Positions 47,325 to 57,380 of a stretch of DNA of 64,000 nt are shown piece by piece (position 1 is the first letter of the stretch; every line of letters starts with the position of its first letter). Location: the NCBI GenBank assembly GCA_965215335.1, contig CBDCDA010000002.1, positions 1,088,001 through 1,152,000 on the forward strand. The letters run 5' to 3'. A program made the translations under genes and the position numbers. The notes under the pieces were generated by a model that worked only from the letters and a program-made list of their open reading frames with translations, ran no database searches and had not been told where the DNA came from. The stretch comes from an uncultured Candidatus Entotheonella sp. (GTDB lineage Bacteria; Tectomicrobia; Entotheonellia; Entotheonellales; Entotheonellaceae).

Positions 47325-48122
47325 ATGGCCATCGAGACCGTAGAGCGGGACTTTCACGATAAGGTCTCGACGAAGATTCGGCTCGCCGCCGAGGGCATGG
47401 AACGCTTCCGCGTGTTTACGCCCTTCCTGTTCGAGGACGGCGACCATTTGTCCATTGTCCTGAAGAAGGAGGGCGCCCGGTGGGTGCTGTCCGATGAGGC
47501 GCACACTTACATGCACCTCACCTATGACGTGGACGAGAGAGACCTTCATACGGGCACGCGCCAGAAGATCATCTCCAACACATTGTCTGTCTTCCAGATC
47601 GAAGATCGGGAAGGAGAGTTGCTCCTCGAGGTGCCGGACGAACGGTACGGCGACGCGCTCTATTCATTCGTCCAGGCGCTTCTCAAGATATCGGATGTAT
47701 CGTACCTGTCGCGGGAACGGGCTCGGTCCACCTTCATGGAAGACTTTCGGTCGCTGCTGAGTGAGGCCACGCCGGAGGAACGCAGGGTTTTCGACTGGAG
47801 CGATCCCGAGCACGACCCGCATGGAATTTATACGGTGGCCTGCCGGATCAACGGTATGCCCCGGCCCCTTTTCGTGCACGCCCTGACGGGTGACGGGAGA
47901 ACACGCGACGCCACGATCGCACTGCTACAGTTCGAGAGGTGGGGTATTCCGTTCCATTCCCTGGCCATCTTCGAGGATCAGGAGGCGATCAATCGCAAGG
48001 TGCTCGCACGCTTCAGCGACGTCTGCGAGAAGCAATTCTCCAGCCTGGCCGCGAACCGCGAGAGGATCATGCGCTTTCTGGATGAGCGTATTTCGGGCGG
48101 ACAAGAGGGAAGGCCGCAGTGA
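47325..48122 (+). CDS. DUF1828-like protein
   Basis: [17 protein letters not shown]...[16 protein letters not shown]. Confidence 0.75.
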   Translation: MAIETVERDFHDKVSTKIRLAAEGMERFRVFTPFLFEDGDHLSIVLKKEGARWVLSDEAHTYMHLTYDVDERDLHTGTRQKIISNTLSVFQIEDREGELLLEVPDERYGDALYSFVQALLKISDVSYLSRERARSTFMEDFRSLLSEATPEERRVFDWSDPEHDPHGIYTVACRINGMPRPLFVHALTGDGRTRDATIALLQFERWGIPFHSLAIFEDQEAINRKVLARFSDVCEKQFSSLAANRERIMRFLDERISGGQEGRPQ

Positions 48123-48150
48123 AGCACCTGAAGCCGGGTAACGTGAAACC

Positions 48151-51100
48151 ATGAGCACGGTCGGCCAACGGGAAATCCTCACCCAGCAGCGTGTCGTGGC
48201 GTTCTTCCGGGAGGCGCTCGGCTACGACTTTCTCGGCAACTGGAAGGGGCGTGACGGCAACAGCAACGTCGAAAAGGCGCTGCTTGCCGCCTGGCTGTCC
48301 CGCCAGGGCCACGGCGACAAGATCATCGCTAGGGTGCTGTTTGAACTCGACAAGGCCGCGGCGCTCGGCGGCAGCAAGACCCTCTACGACGCCAATCGTG
48401 AGGTTTACGGCCTGCTGCGCTACGGCGTGAAGGTGCAGCCGGAGGCGGGCGAGCAGAACATGACCGTCTGGCTGGTCGACTGGGCGAATCCCGACCATAA
48501 CGACTTCGGCCTCGCGGAAGAGGTGACGGTTGCCGTGGCGAATGCCAAGCGGCCCGACCTGGTGCTCTACGTCAACGGCATCGCCCTGGGCGTGCTGGAG
48601 CTGAAACGTTCTACGGTGTCGGTGAGCGAGGGTATCCGCCAGAATCTCGACAGCCAGGAGAAGACGTTCATCCGGCCATTCTTCACCACGGTGCAACTCG
48701 TGATGGCGGGTAACGACACCGAGGGGCTGCGTTACGGGGTGATTGAAACGCCGGAGAAGTATTGGCTGCGCTGGAAGGAAGCCGACGCCCACCGAGCCGC
48801 CGGGGACAACCCGCTGCTGCGGGAGCTGGGCCAACTGTGCGGCAAGGCGCGGCTGCTGGAGATCGTGCACGATCTCGTCGTCTTCGACGCCGGCATCAAG
48901 AAGATTTGCCGCCATAACCAGTACTTCGGGGTGCGGGCGGCGCAGGCGCGGGTGCAGCGCCGCGCGGGTGGCATCATCTGGCACACCCAGGGCAGCGGCA
49001 AGAGCCTGACCATGGTCTGGCTGGCGAAGTGGATTCGCGAGCACGTGACCGACGGACGGGTGCTGATCGTCACCGACCGCACCGAACTGGACGAGCAAAT
49101 CGAGAAGGTCTTCAAGGGCGTCAGCGAAGACATCCACCGCACCCGCAGCGGCGCCGATCTGGTGCAGGCGCTGAACACCGGCGAGGAATGGCTGATCGGT
49201 TCGCTGATCCACAAATTCGGCGCGTCGTCGGAGGAGATGAGCGAGAAGGATATCGAGACCTACGTCGAGGAGATCAAGAGAAGCCTGCCCAAGGGGTTCG
49301 GCGCCAAGGGCGAGCTATTCGTCTTCGTGGACGAATGCCACCGCACCCAAGCCGGGAAACTCCACGAGGCGATGAAAACGCTGCTGCCAGGAGCGACGCT
49401 GATCGGTTTTACCGGAACGCCGCTGCTCAAGGGCGACAAACGGCGGAGCATCGAGACTTTCGGGCCGTACATCCACACCTACAAGTACGATGAGGCGGTG
49501 GACGACGGGGTGGTGCTGGACCTGCGCTACGAGGCGCGCGACATTGACCAGAACCTCACCTCGCAGGCCAGGATCGACCAGTGGTTCGAGCTCAAGACCC
49601 GCGGCCTGACCGACGTGGCCAGGGCCCAGATCAAGCAACGCTGGGGCACGCTGCGGAGCGTACTGAGTGCACGGGACCGGCTGGAAAAGATCGTCGCTGA
49701 CATCCTGTTGGACATGGAGACGCGCGACCGCCTCAAGAGCGGCCACGGCAATGCGATGCTGGTCTCCGACAGCATCTACTCGGCGTGCCGTTTCTTCGAG
49801 ATGTTTCAGCAGACCGATCTGGCGGGCAGATGCGCCATCGTGACCTCCTACAAGCCGTCCCCGGCGAGCATCAAGGGGGAGGCGGGCAGCGAGGGGCTGA
49901 CCGAGAAACTCCGCCAGTACGACATCTACCGAAGAATGCTGGCGGCGCACTTCGACGAGCCGGAAGAATCGGCCATGCACAAGGTGGAGCGGTTCGAGCA
50001 GGAGGTCAAGAAACGCTTCGTCGACGAGCCGGGACAGATGAAGCTCCTGATCGTCGTGGACAAACTGCTGACGGGCTTTGACGCGCCGCCGGCGACCTGT
50101 CTGTACATCGACAAGCCGATGCAGGACCACGGCCTGTTCCAGGCCATCTGCCGGGTCAACCGCCTCGACGGCGAGGACAAGGATCACGGTTATGTCATTG
50201 ACTACAAGGACCTGTTCCGGTCGTTGGAGCAGTCCATCGAGGACTATACCGGCGAGGCTTTCGACGGCTTTGATGCTGCCGACGTGCAGGGTTTGCTGAA
50301 GGACCGGCTGACGCAGGGCCAGGAGCGCCTGGAGGAAGCGCGCGAGGCGGTAAAGGCGCTGTGCGAGCCGGTCGAGCCGCCGCGCGATACCGCCGCCTAC
50401 CTGCGTTTCTTCTGCGCTGCCGAGAGCGGCAGCGCCGAGCAGCTGAAGGACAACGAACCGAAGCGCGTCACCCTCTATCGGCTGGCTGCTGCATTCCTGC
50501 GCGCTTATGCCAACCTGGCCAACGAGATGCGGGAAGCGGGCTATTCCAACGCCGGAGCGCAACGGATCAAGGCCGAGGTGGAGCACTACGAGAAGCTGCG
50601 CCAGGAGGTCAAGCTCGCCAGCGGCGACTACATCGACCTGAAAATGCATGAACCGGCCATGCGGCATCTGCTCGACACCTACATCCGGGCCGAAGAGAGC
50701 GAGCAACTCTCTGCTTTCGATGATCTGACGCTTATCGATCTGATCGTCGAGCGCGGCGAAGCCGCGATCGATGCACTGCCCGAAGGCGTCCGCAAAAGCC
50801 CCGAAGCGGTGGCCGAGACGATCGAGAACAACGTCCGGCGGCTCATCATCGACGAGATGGCGGTCAACCCCAAGTACTACGAAAAGATGTCGGAATTGCT
50901 GGACGCCCTGATCCGCCAACGCAAGCAGGAAGCCATGGACTACAAGGCCTATCTGGACAGGATCGTCGCGCTGACCGGGCAGGTCGGCAGGCCGGAAACC
51001 CGGGCGTTCTATCCTGTGAGCATCCACAACGCCGCCCTGCGGGCGCTTTACGATAATCTGGAGGCGTCAGCGGTTTCGATGGTGCGCGATCCAGTGACAC

Positions 51101-51306
51101 GATACGGTGACCAGCCGGCTCTCGATCCCAGAGAAGAGCGGGCCCTTGCCCTGGATCATGCCGTCCGTTGCGTGAAGAAAGCGGACTGGCGCGGAAACAG
51201 ATTCAAGGAACGCGAGGTTCGCAACGCTGTCAAGTCGGTGCTCGGCAACGACGAGGGACTCGTAAGTGCGATGTTCGAAATCGTGAAGGCACAGCGTGAT
51301 TATTGA
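48151..51306 (+). CDS. hsdR: Type I restriction endonuclease/translocase subunit
   Basis: RPDLVLYVNGIALGVLELK, HTQGSGKS, DECHR, FTGTP, LLTGFDAP and QAICRVNR. Confidence 0.96.
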   Translation: MSTVGQREILTQQRVVAFFREALGYDFLGNWKGRDGNSNVEKALLAAWLSRQGHGDKIIARVLFELDKAAALGGSKTLYDANREVYGLLRYGVKVQPEAGEQNMTVWLVDWANPDHNDFGLAEEVTVAVANAKRPDLVLYVNGIALGVLELKRSTVSVSEGIRQNLDSQEKTFIRPFFTTVQLVMAGNDTEGLRYGVIETPEKYWLRWKEADAHRAAGDNPLLRELGQLCGKARLLEIVHDLVVFDAGIKKICRHNQYFGVRAAQARVQRRAGGIIWHTQGSGKSLTMVWLAKWIREHVTDGRVLIVTDRTELDEQIEKVFKGVSEDIHRTRSGADLVQALNTGEEWLIGSLIHKFGASSEEMSEKDIETYVEEIKRSLPKGFGAKGELFVFVDECHRTQAGKLHEAMKTLLPGATLIGFTGTPLLKGDKRRSIETFGPYIHTYKYDEAVDDGVVLDLRYEARDIDQNLTSQARIDQWFELKTRGLTDVARAQIKQRWGTLRSVLSARDRLEKIVADILLDMETRDRLKSGHGNAMLVSDSIYSACRFFEMFQQTDLAGRCAIVTSYKPSPASIKGEAGSEGLTEKLRQYDIYRRMLAAHFDEPEESAMHKVERFEQEVKKRFVDEPGQMKLLIVVDKLLTGFDAPPATCLYIDKPMQDHGLFQAICRVNRLDGEDKDHGYVIDYKDLFRSLEQSIEDYTGEAFDGFDAADVQGLLKDRLTQGQERLEEAREAVKALCEPVEPPRDTAAYLRFFCAAESGSAEQLKDNEPKRVTLYRLAAAFLRAYANLANEMREAGYSNAGAQRIKAEVEHYEKLRQEVKLASGDYIDLKMHEPAMRHLLDTYIRAEESEQLSAFDDLTLIDLIVERGEAAIDALPEGVRKSPEAVAETIENNVRRLIIDEMAVNPKYYEKMSELLDALIRQRKQEAMDYKAYLDRIVALTGQVGRPETRAFYPVSIHNAALRALYDNLEASAVSMVRDPVTRYGDQPALDPREERALALDHAVRCVKKADWRGNRFKEREVRNAVKSVLGNDEGLVSAMFEIVKAQRDY

Positions 51307-52027
51307 AGATGGAAGTCACCAAATCGACGTGCGAGGTACAACCGTGGAGATCGTCCGCAGGGACATCAGGAACCTCCACGTGGGTGTCTATCCGCCGAGC
51401 GGCCGGGTGCGGGTGGCGGCGCCGTTGCGCCTCGATGAAAATGCCGTGCGTCTGGCTGTTGTTTCGCGCCTCGGATGGATCCGCCGCAAACAGGCCCGAT
51501 TCCTGCACCAGGCTCGCCAGTCGCAACGAGAATTCATCACCGGCGAGAGCCATTACGTTGAAGGCCGCCGCTACCGGCTTGACGTAACCGAGCATGACGG
51601 TCCGCCACGTGTTCGGTTGCTTGACGACACCACGTTGGCGTTGACCGTTCGCCCTGCTGCCGACCGCGACAAGCGGGAAGCCGTGCTTTACCGGTGGTAT
51701 CGCCAGCGGCTGCGAAGCCGCTGGCCCGCGCTTCTCGCAAAATGGGAACCGAGGATCGGAACGCGCGGCACCGAGGTGCGCATCAAGAAGATGAAAACCC
51801 GCTGGGGGACGTGCAACAAGGACGCCCGCCGTATCTGGCTGAACCTCGAGCTGGCGAAGAAACCCGCGTCGTGTCTTGAGTACGTCATGGTGCATGAGCT
51901 GGTCCACCTGATCGAGCGTCATCATACCGCTCGGTTTCGTCAGCTGATGGACGGGCTCATGCCGCACTGGCGCGTTTATCGAGACGAGTTGAACCGGAGG
52001 CCGCTGGCGCATGAAGCCTGGCGTTGA
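51296..52027 (+). CDS. M48/YgjP-like zinc metallopeptidase (type I R-M associated)
   Basis: VRVAAP, MKTRWGTC and YVMVHELVHL (HEXXH). Confidence 0.9.
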   Translation: MIIEDGSHQIDVRGTTVEIVRRDIRNLHVGVYPPSGRVRVAAPLRLDENAVRLAVVSRLGWIRRKQARFLHQARQSQREFITGESHYVEGRRYRLDVTEHDGPPRVRLLDDTTLALTVRPAADRDKREAVLYRWYRQRLRSRWPALLAKWEPRIGTRGTEVRIKKMKTRWGTCNKDARRIWLNLELAKKPASCLEYVMVHELVHLIERHHTARFRQLMDGLMPHWRVYRDELNRRPLAHEAWR

Positions 52028-52131
52028 CAGGGGAAAATCACGGGTGTTTTAACCGTTCCGACATCTATCGGGTCAAAGAGTCCCGAATACGAGACCGCCG
52101 TTGCGCGCTGACGTTCCCCAGGAGACATGAC

Positions 52132-54783
52132 ATGGACGCCACCATGACGACGCCATTGCAGCCAACGGGCGCGGTGTTTCATCGCTGCGCCCTGCAAGTG
52201 AATCCGCACCGCGACGGCGAGGCGCCGTCGCATGCCGCGGCGATTGTCGCCAAGGCCGTCGAACTCGGCGTGTCCGTGCTCGCCGTTATCGGTCCCGGCA
52301 GCGTGAGCGGCGTGGCGGCGCTCCGCGCCGCGACCGCGGGGCAGGGCATCACCCTGTTCCCCGGCTTTGAACTGACGGCCGCCGAGGGCCTGCACGTCCT
52401 TTGCATCTACCCGCCGGGCACGGACGAGGAGCAGCTCGAACGGTTTCTCGGCACGTTTGGAGTCGGCCTTGCTGCGCCTGCCACCGACCCGTCGAGCGCG
52501 TCGTTCGAGAACGTGCTGACAAGGGTCCGCTTGCAGGGTGGCGTGGCGATTGCCGCGCCTGCGGCGCCCGACGTCGGCCTGTTCAACGTCTTGTCGGCGC
52601 AGGCGTGGCGCAGCGAGGACCTGCTCGCCGTCCGCATTCCCGGACCTGTCGAGGAGCTTCCTGAAGACGCGCGCTACATCCTCGAGAACCGCAATGCGGA
52701 CTACCGGCGTGCCCATCCCGCGGGCGACAAGCAGGCTGTCGCCGTGGTCAGCGCGAAAGACGTTGCGACCGCTGCGGACCTCGAACATCCTGCCGCCACC
52801 TGCCGGATCAAGATGTCCGAGGTGAGTATCGAGGGCTTGCGGCAGGCGTTTCTGGACCCGGACTCGCGCATCCGCCTCAATCGTCAGGACGGCGAGGCGG
52901 AAGCCGAGGCGCACACCGAGCTGCTGACCCTGGCGTGGGAGGGGGGCTTTCTGGACGGCGCGAACATCTCGCTGAATCCCAACCTCAACGTCCTGGTCGG
53001 CGGCCACGGCGCCGGCAAGTCAACGATCATCGAAAGCCTGCGCTACGTGCTGGCCCTGGACCCCGTCGGCGAAGAGGCGGGCAAGGCCCACAACGGCATC
53101 GTGCGCCACGTGCTGCGCAGCGGCACCAAGGTCTCGTTGCGCGTGCGCTGCTATCGCCCGGCGACGCGCGAGTACCTGATCGAGCGCACCGTTCCCAACC
53201 CCCCCGTGGTCCGCGACGAAAACGGCCTGGTCTCCAACCTGCCGCCCGCGGACATCCTGCCGCGCGTCGAGGTGTACGGCCAGCACGAGATCTCGGAGCT
53301 CGCCCGCAGCGGCGAGAAACTCACCCGCTTGCTCGACCGCTTCACCCAGTCCGACCCGTCGATGGCCAGACGCAAGGCCGGCCTGCGCCGTGACCTCAGG
53401 AAGACACGGGAAGCCCTGCTGGACGTGCAGGCGGAGTTGCGGCACATCGAAGAGCGGCTGGCGGCCCTGCCTGGCCTGGAAGAGACCCTCGAACGCTTCC
53501 GGGAGGTCGGGCTTGAAGACCGCTTGCGTGGGCGTAGCCTGCTGGTGCGCGGGGAGCAGGTGATGGACTCCATCCCCGAGCGCCTGCGCACCTTCCGCGA
53601 CGGTCTGGAGACCATGCGGCAGGAGCTTCCCCTCAATCGCGTGTTCCTGTCGCCCGAAGCGCTTGCGGACCTGCCGGGCCGGGACATCCTCGGCGGCGCG
53701 GACCGCGTGCTGGAGCACCTGAGCGGCGATCTCCAGGCGGTCGTGCGGCAACTGGACGGAGCCCTGACACGCGCCGACGACGGCATCGCCGAGGTGCGTT
53801 CCCGCTGGGACCGGCACCGGCTCGAGGTGCAGGCCGCCTACGAAGCCATTTTGCGCGAGCTGCAGCAGGCTGCGGTGGACGGCGAGGAGTTCATCCGCCT
53901 GCGGGGCGAGGTCGAGGGACTGCGTCCGTTGCAGGACCGCCAGTCGCTGTTGCAGCAGCAGGAAAGCGAATACCTGAACCGCCGCCGGGCGCTGCTGGCC
54001 GAGTGGGAGGACGTCAAGGCCGAGGAATTCCGCGCCCTCGACCGGGCGGCGCAGAACGTCAGCGGCAGGCTGACCGGCCGCGTTCAGGTGGAAGTCACGG
54101 CGGCGGGCAACCGGGAGCCGCTGGGCACGCTGCTGCGCAACCGCATCGGCGGCAATCTCAAGAGCACGATCGAAAAACTGGCGGCTCTGGATACGATGTC
54201 CCTGGTCGATCTGGCCGCCGCCTGCCGCGACGGCGCCGATGCCCTGATCGACGCCTACGGCCTGACTGCGGGCCAGGCGCGAAACATCGCCGAGGCCGGG
54301 CCCGACATTGCCCTGCGCATCGAAGAGCTGGAACTGCCGCCCACCACCACCATCCGGCTCAACACCGCGCCGTCCGGCGCGCCGCCGTCGTGGCAGGCGC
54401 TCGACGCGCTGTCGATCGGCCAGAAGGCCACCGCGGTGCTGCTGCTCCTGCTGCTCGAATCCGATGCGCCGTTGATTCTGGACCAGCCCGAAGGCGACCT
54501 CGACAACCGGTCCATTACCGAGGGTATCGTGCCCCGGATGCGCGAGGAAAAGCAGCGCCGGCAGTTCATCTTTTCGACCCACAACGCCAACATCCCGGTG
54601 CTCGGCGACGCCGAACTGATCCTCGGTCTGACCGCCTCGGGCGAAGCCGGTGGCGGGCGGGCGCGCATCGAGCCGGAGCACCTGGGCTCGATTGATACCC
54701 AGCCGGTGCGCGCGCTGGTGGAGGATATTCTGGAAGGCGGCAAGGACGCCTTTGAGACGAGACGGCTCAAGTACGGCTTCTGA
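52132..54783 (+). CDS. PHP-like domain plus coiled-coil ABC/SMC-like ATPase (TrlF/Ppl-like)
   Basis: FHRCALQVNP and FPGFEL N-terminus; Walker A GGHGAGKST; LSIGQK, LILDQPEGDLDN and STHNANIPVLGDAE. Confidence 0.85.
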   Translation: MDATMTTPLQPTGAVFHRCALQVNPHRDGEAPSHAAAIVAKAVELGVSVLAVIGPGSVSGVAALRAATAGQGITLFPGFELTAAEGLHVLCIYPPGTDEEQLERFLGTFGVGLAAPATDPSSASFENVLTRVRLQGGVAIAAPAAPDVGLFNVLSAQAWRSEDLLAVRIPGPVEELPEDARYILENRNADYRRAHPAGDKQAVAVVSAKDVATAADLEHPAATCRIKMSEVSIEGLRQAFLDPDSRIRLNRQDGEAEAEAHTELLTLAWEGGFLDGANISLNPNLNVLVGGHGAGKSTIIESLRYVLALDPVGEEAGKAHNGIVRHVLRSGTKVSLRVRCYRPATREYLIERTVPNPPVVRDENGLVSNLPPADILPRVEVYGQHEISELARSGEKLTRLLDRFTQSDPSMARRKAGLRRDLRKTREALLDVQAELRHIEERLAALPGLEETLERFREVGLEDRLRGRSLLVRGEQVMDSIPERLRTFRDGLETMRQELPLNRVFLSPEALADLPGRDILGGADRVLEHLSGDLQAVVRQLDGALTRADDGIAEVRSRWDRHRLEVQAAYEAILRELQQAAVDGEEFIRLRGEVEGLRPLQDRQSLLQQQESEYLNRRRALLAEWEDVKAEEFRALDRAAQNVSGRLTGRVQVEVTAAGNREPLGTLLRNRIGGNLKSTIEKLAALDTMSLVDLAAACRDGADALIDAYGLTAGQARNIAEAGPDIALRIEELELPPTTTIRLNTAPSGAPPSWQALDALSIGQKATAVLLLLLLESDAPLILDQPEGDLDNRSITEGIVPRMREEKQRRQFIFSTHNANIPVLGDAELILGLTASGEAGGGRARIEPEHLGSIDTQPVRALVEDILEGGKDAFETRRLKYGF

Positions 54784-54808
54784 GAACAGCCCTGAACGAG
54801 GAACAATC

Positions 54809-55525
54809 ATGTGCGGTCGCTTTGCCCAGCAACTGAGCGAAGGCGAGATTCACGACCTGTACGGTCTGGCGGAATCCACGCTGCCGCTGGCGTTGTCCCC
54901 ACGCTACAACGGCGCGCCGACGCAGGACTTCGCGGCGTGCCGGCTCGATGACACTGGCCGCCGTGTCATGGCCAGGCTGCGCTGGGGACTGGTGCCGTCC
55001 TGGGCGAAGGACGTCGGAATCGGTGCGCGGCTGATCAATGCACGGGCGGAGACGGTGGGCGACAAGCCGGCGTACCGGGCGGCCTTTCGCGCCCGCCGGT
55101 GCCTGGTGCCGGCCAATGGCTGGTTCGAGTGGCAGCGTGCCGGGCGGAGCAAGCAGCCCTGGTTTGTCGCCCTGACGGATGGCTCGCCGGTGTCGTTCGC
55201 GGCGCTGTGGGAGCCCTGGGACAAGGTGGAAGGCTGTCTGGAAACCTTCACGATCATTACCACGGAAGCCTGCGAGAGTCTGGCGGACATCCATCACCGA
55301 CAACCCGCGATGATCCATTCCGACCATTTCGTCGATTGGCTTGATCCCGCCTCGCGGCCCGAGCAACTCCTCGATCTGGTTCGTGAGCCTTGCGCCGGCC
55401 CCTTCGAGAAACGTCCCGTCAGCACCCGGGTGAACAGTGTCGCCAATAACGACGCAGGCATCCTGACCCGCGCGCGCTTGGCCACACGGCACGGTTCTGT
55501 GGAGCCAGGACTGTTTGACCGGTAG
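54809..55525 (+). CDS. SOS response-associated peptidase (SRAP/YedK family)
   Basis: MCGRF (Cys2), WGLVPSW, INARAET, RCLVPA.GWFEW and IHHRQP. Confidence 0.93.
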   Translation: MCGRFAQQLSEGEIHDLYGLAESTLPLALSPRYNGAPTQDFAACRLDDTGRRVMARLRWGLVPSWAKDVGIGARLINARAETVGDKPAYRAAFRARRCLVPANGWFEWQRAGRSKQPWFVALTDGSPVSFAALWEPWDKVEGCLETFTIITTEACESLADIHHRQPAMIHSDHFVDWLDPASRPEQLLDLVREPCAGPFEKRPVSTRVNSVANNDAGILTRARLATRHGSVEPGLFDR

Positions 55526-55625
55526 AGGGAGCGGCCAACCGAACTCGACATGGAAGCGCGGCGATCGTTCCTGCCAGCAGTGCGCGGCCTACGCGGTGGG
55601 AGACTGGGTAAAGATAAAGAGAAAC

Positions 55626-56513
55626 TCACCGATTCAGCGCGGCGGCCATGGCCAGCACGCGCCGGGCGGATTCGACGATGGGGTAGTCGATGAACTGGCC
55701 GTCGAGCTGGATGGCGGCCAGGCCGTCGGCTTCGGCCTGGGTGAAGGCATCGACGACACGGGTGGCGAAGGCGATGTCGGTGGCCGAGGGGGAGAAGACG
55801 GTATTGATCGGTTCCACTTGGCCAGGGTGGATGGCCATCTTGCCTTGAAAGCCGAGTTGCCTGGCGGTGCGGGCGCTGCGGGTGAGACCGCGTTGGTCGC
55901 GCAGGTCGACCCAGACGGTATCAAGGGGCGGTTCAAGGCCGGCGGCGCGGCAGGCGATGACCAGGGCGGAGCGGGCGTACTGGCTTTCGATTTCGCGCCG
56001 TGACCAGGCGACGCCGATGTCGCGGGTGAAGTCGCCGGCGCCGAAGGCGAGGCGTTTGACGCGCGTGCCGGCGGCGGCGATGTCGTAGGCGTGCTGCACG
56101 GCGAGGGCGGTCTCGATAATGGGGATGACGTCAACGCTGCCGGGCGCGAGGCCGTGCTGCGTTTCCAGTCCTTGCAGCAGCGTGTCGGCGCGGCGCAGGT
56201 CGTCGGGCGATTCCACCTTGGGCAGGATGATGCCCGCCAGGCCGGGGCGCGCCACCGCGACCAGGTCCGCCTCGCCGATGGGTTGCGAAAATCCTGCCGC
56301 CGCCGTCAATGGGTTGATGCGCACGTACACCGGGCAGGTGTCGATGTCACCGACCGCTTCGCGCACCGCCTGTCGAGTGGCTTCCTTTTCGCTGACCGGC
56401 ACTGCATCTTCGAGGTCCAGGATCACGGCGTCGGCGCCACACTGTCCTACCTTTTGCAGCATGTGCGGGCGGTTGCCGGGGGCGAACAACAGGCTTCGCA
56501 GCGGGCTTGGCAT
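55626..56513 (-). CDS. CitE/HpcH-family CoA-ester lyase
   Basis: RSLLFAPG, DLEDAV, LPKVE, IIET, FGAGD and GKMAIHP.Q. Confidence 0.9.
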   Translation of the reverse strand: MPSPLRSLLFAPGNRPHMLQKVGQCGADAVILDLEDAVPVSEKEATRQAVREAVGDIDTCPVYVRINPLTAAAGFSQPIGEADLVAVARPGLAGIILPKVESPDDLRRADTLLQGLETQHGLAPGSVDVIPIIETALAVQHAYDIAAAGTRVKRLAFGAGDFTRDIGVAWSRREIESQYARSALVIACRAAGLEPPLDTVWVDLRDQRGLTRSARTARQLGFQGKMAIHPGQVEPINTVFSPSATDIAFATRVVDAFTQAEADGLAAIQLDGQFIDYPIVESARRVLAMAAALNR

Positions 56514-56639
56514 CGTCCGGGTTCTCCAGTGTCGGGAAGGCTTGTCCGGGAACGGACATTCTGCCACAATCGCCGCATCGCCGCCAGTTCCAACATGCCG
56601 ATACGGCACGCCAGCGACAAGGAAAACAGGAGATGGTTC

Positions 56640-57377
56640 ATGCGCGAAAACCGCATCAAGCACCAATTGCGAGCGGGCCGGACGGCGATTGCCGTCTCTG
56701 GCCATCACAATGCGGACATGATCGATTTTCTCGGCCAATTCGGCTTCGACGGCGTGTGGCTCGAGGGCGAGCACGGTCCCGTGGACTGGGACGCCATCGG
56801 CGACTTGTCGCGCGCCTGCGACCTGTGGGGCATGGCGTCGGTGACGCGCGTGAACAGCAACGACCCCGGCACCATCATGCGCGCCCTCGACCGCGGCACC
56901 CTGGGCATCGTGGTGCCGCACGTCAACACCCGAGAAGCCGCCGAGCAGGCCATGAAGTCGGCCAAATACGCCCCGGTCGGCTATCGCGGCATGTTCGGCG
57001 GCCGGCAGTCCTTCGGGGTGCCGGATTACTACCAGCGCGCCAATGACCAGACCCTCATCGTCGTGCTCATCGAGGAGATCGAGGCGGTCGACAACCTCGC
57101 CGACATCCTCACCGTGGACGACATCGACGTGTTCTTCGTCGCCCCCGCCGACCTCGCCCAGACCATGGGGCACATCGGCAACCACACCCACCCGGACGTG
57201 CAGGCCACCATCGACAGGGCCCTGGCCCAGATCGTCGCCGCCGGCAGAACGGCGGGCACGCTGGTGACGGACGACACCGTGGCGCGTTACCGCAGCGCCG
57301 GAGTGCGCTTCTTCCTGACGGGCTGGCCCAACTGGGTGGCGCAGGGCGCCAAGGCTTTCCTGCAGCGGGCGCGGTGA
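56640..57377 (+). CDS. HpcH/HpaI aldolase family protein
   Basis: GFDGVWLEGEHG, ALDRG, PHV, GYRG and FVAPADL. Confidence 0.9.
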   Translation: MRENRIKHQLRAGRTAIAVSGHHNADMIDFLGQFGFDGVWLEGEHGPVDWDAIGDLSRACDLWGMASVTRVNSNDPGTIMRALDRGTLGIVVPHVNTREAAEQAMKSAKYAPVGYRGMFGGRQSFGVPDYYQRANDQTLIVVLIEEIEAVDNLADILTVDDIDVFFVAPADLAQTMGHIGNHTHPDVQATIDRALAQIVAAGRTAGTLVTDDTVARYRSAGVRFFLTGWPNWVAQGAKAFLQRAR

Positions 57378-57380
57378 CGC

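Noticed and set aside
42110..55626. attR duplicate of the tRNA-Asn 3' end bounding the defence island
   Set aside because: No repeat of the tRNA 3' sequence found by eye and no integrase in the interval
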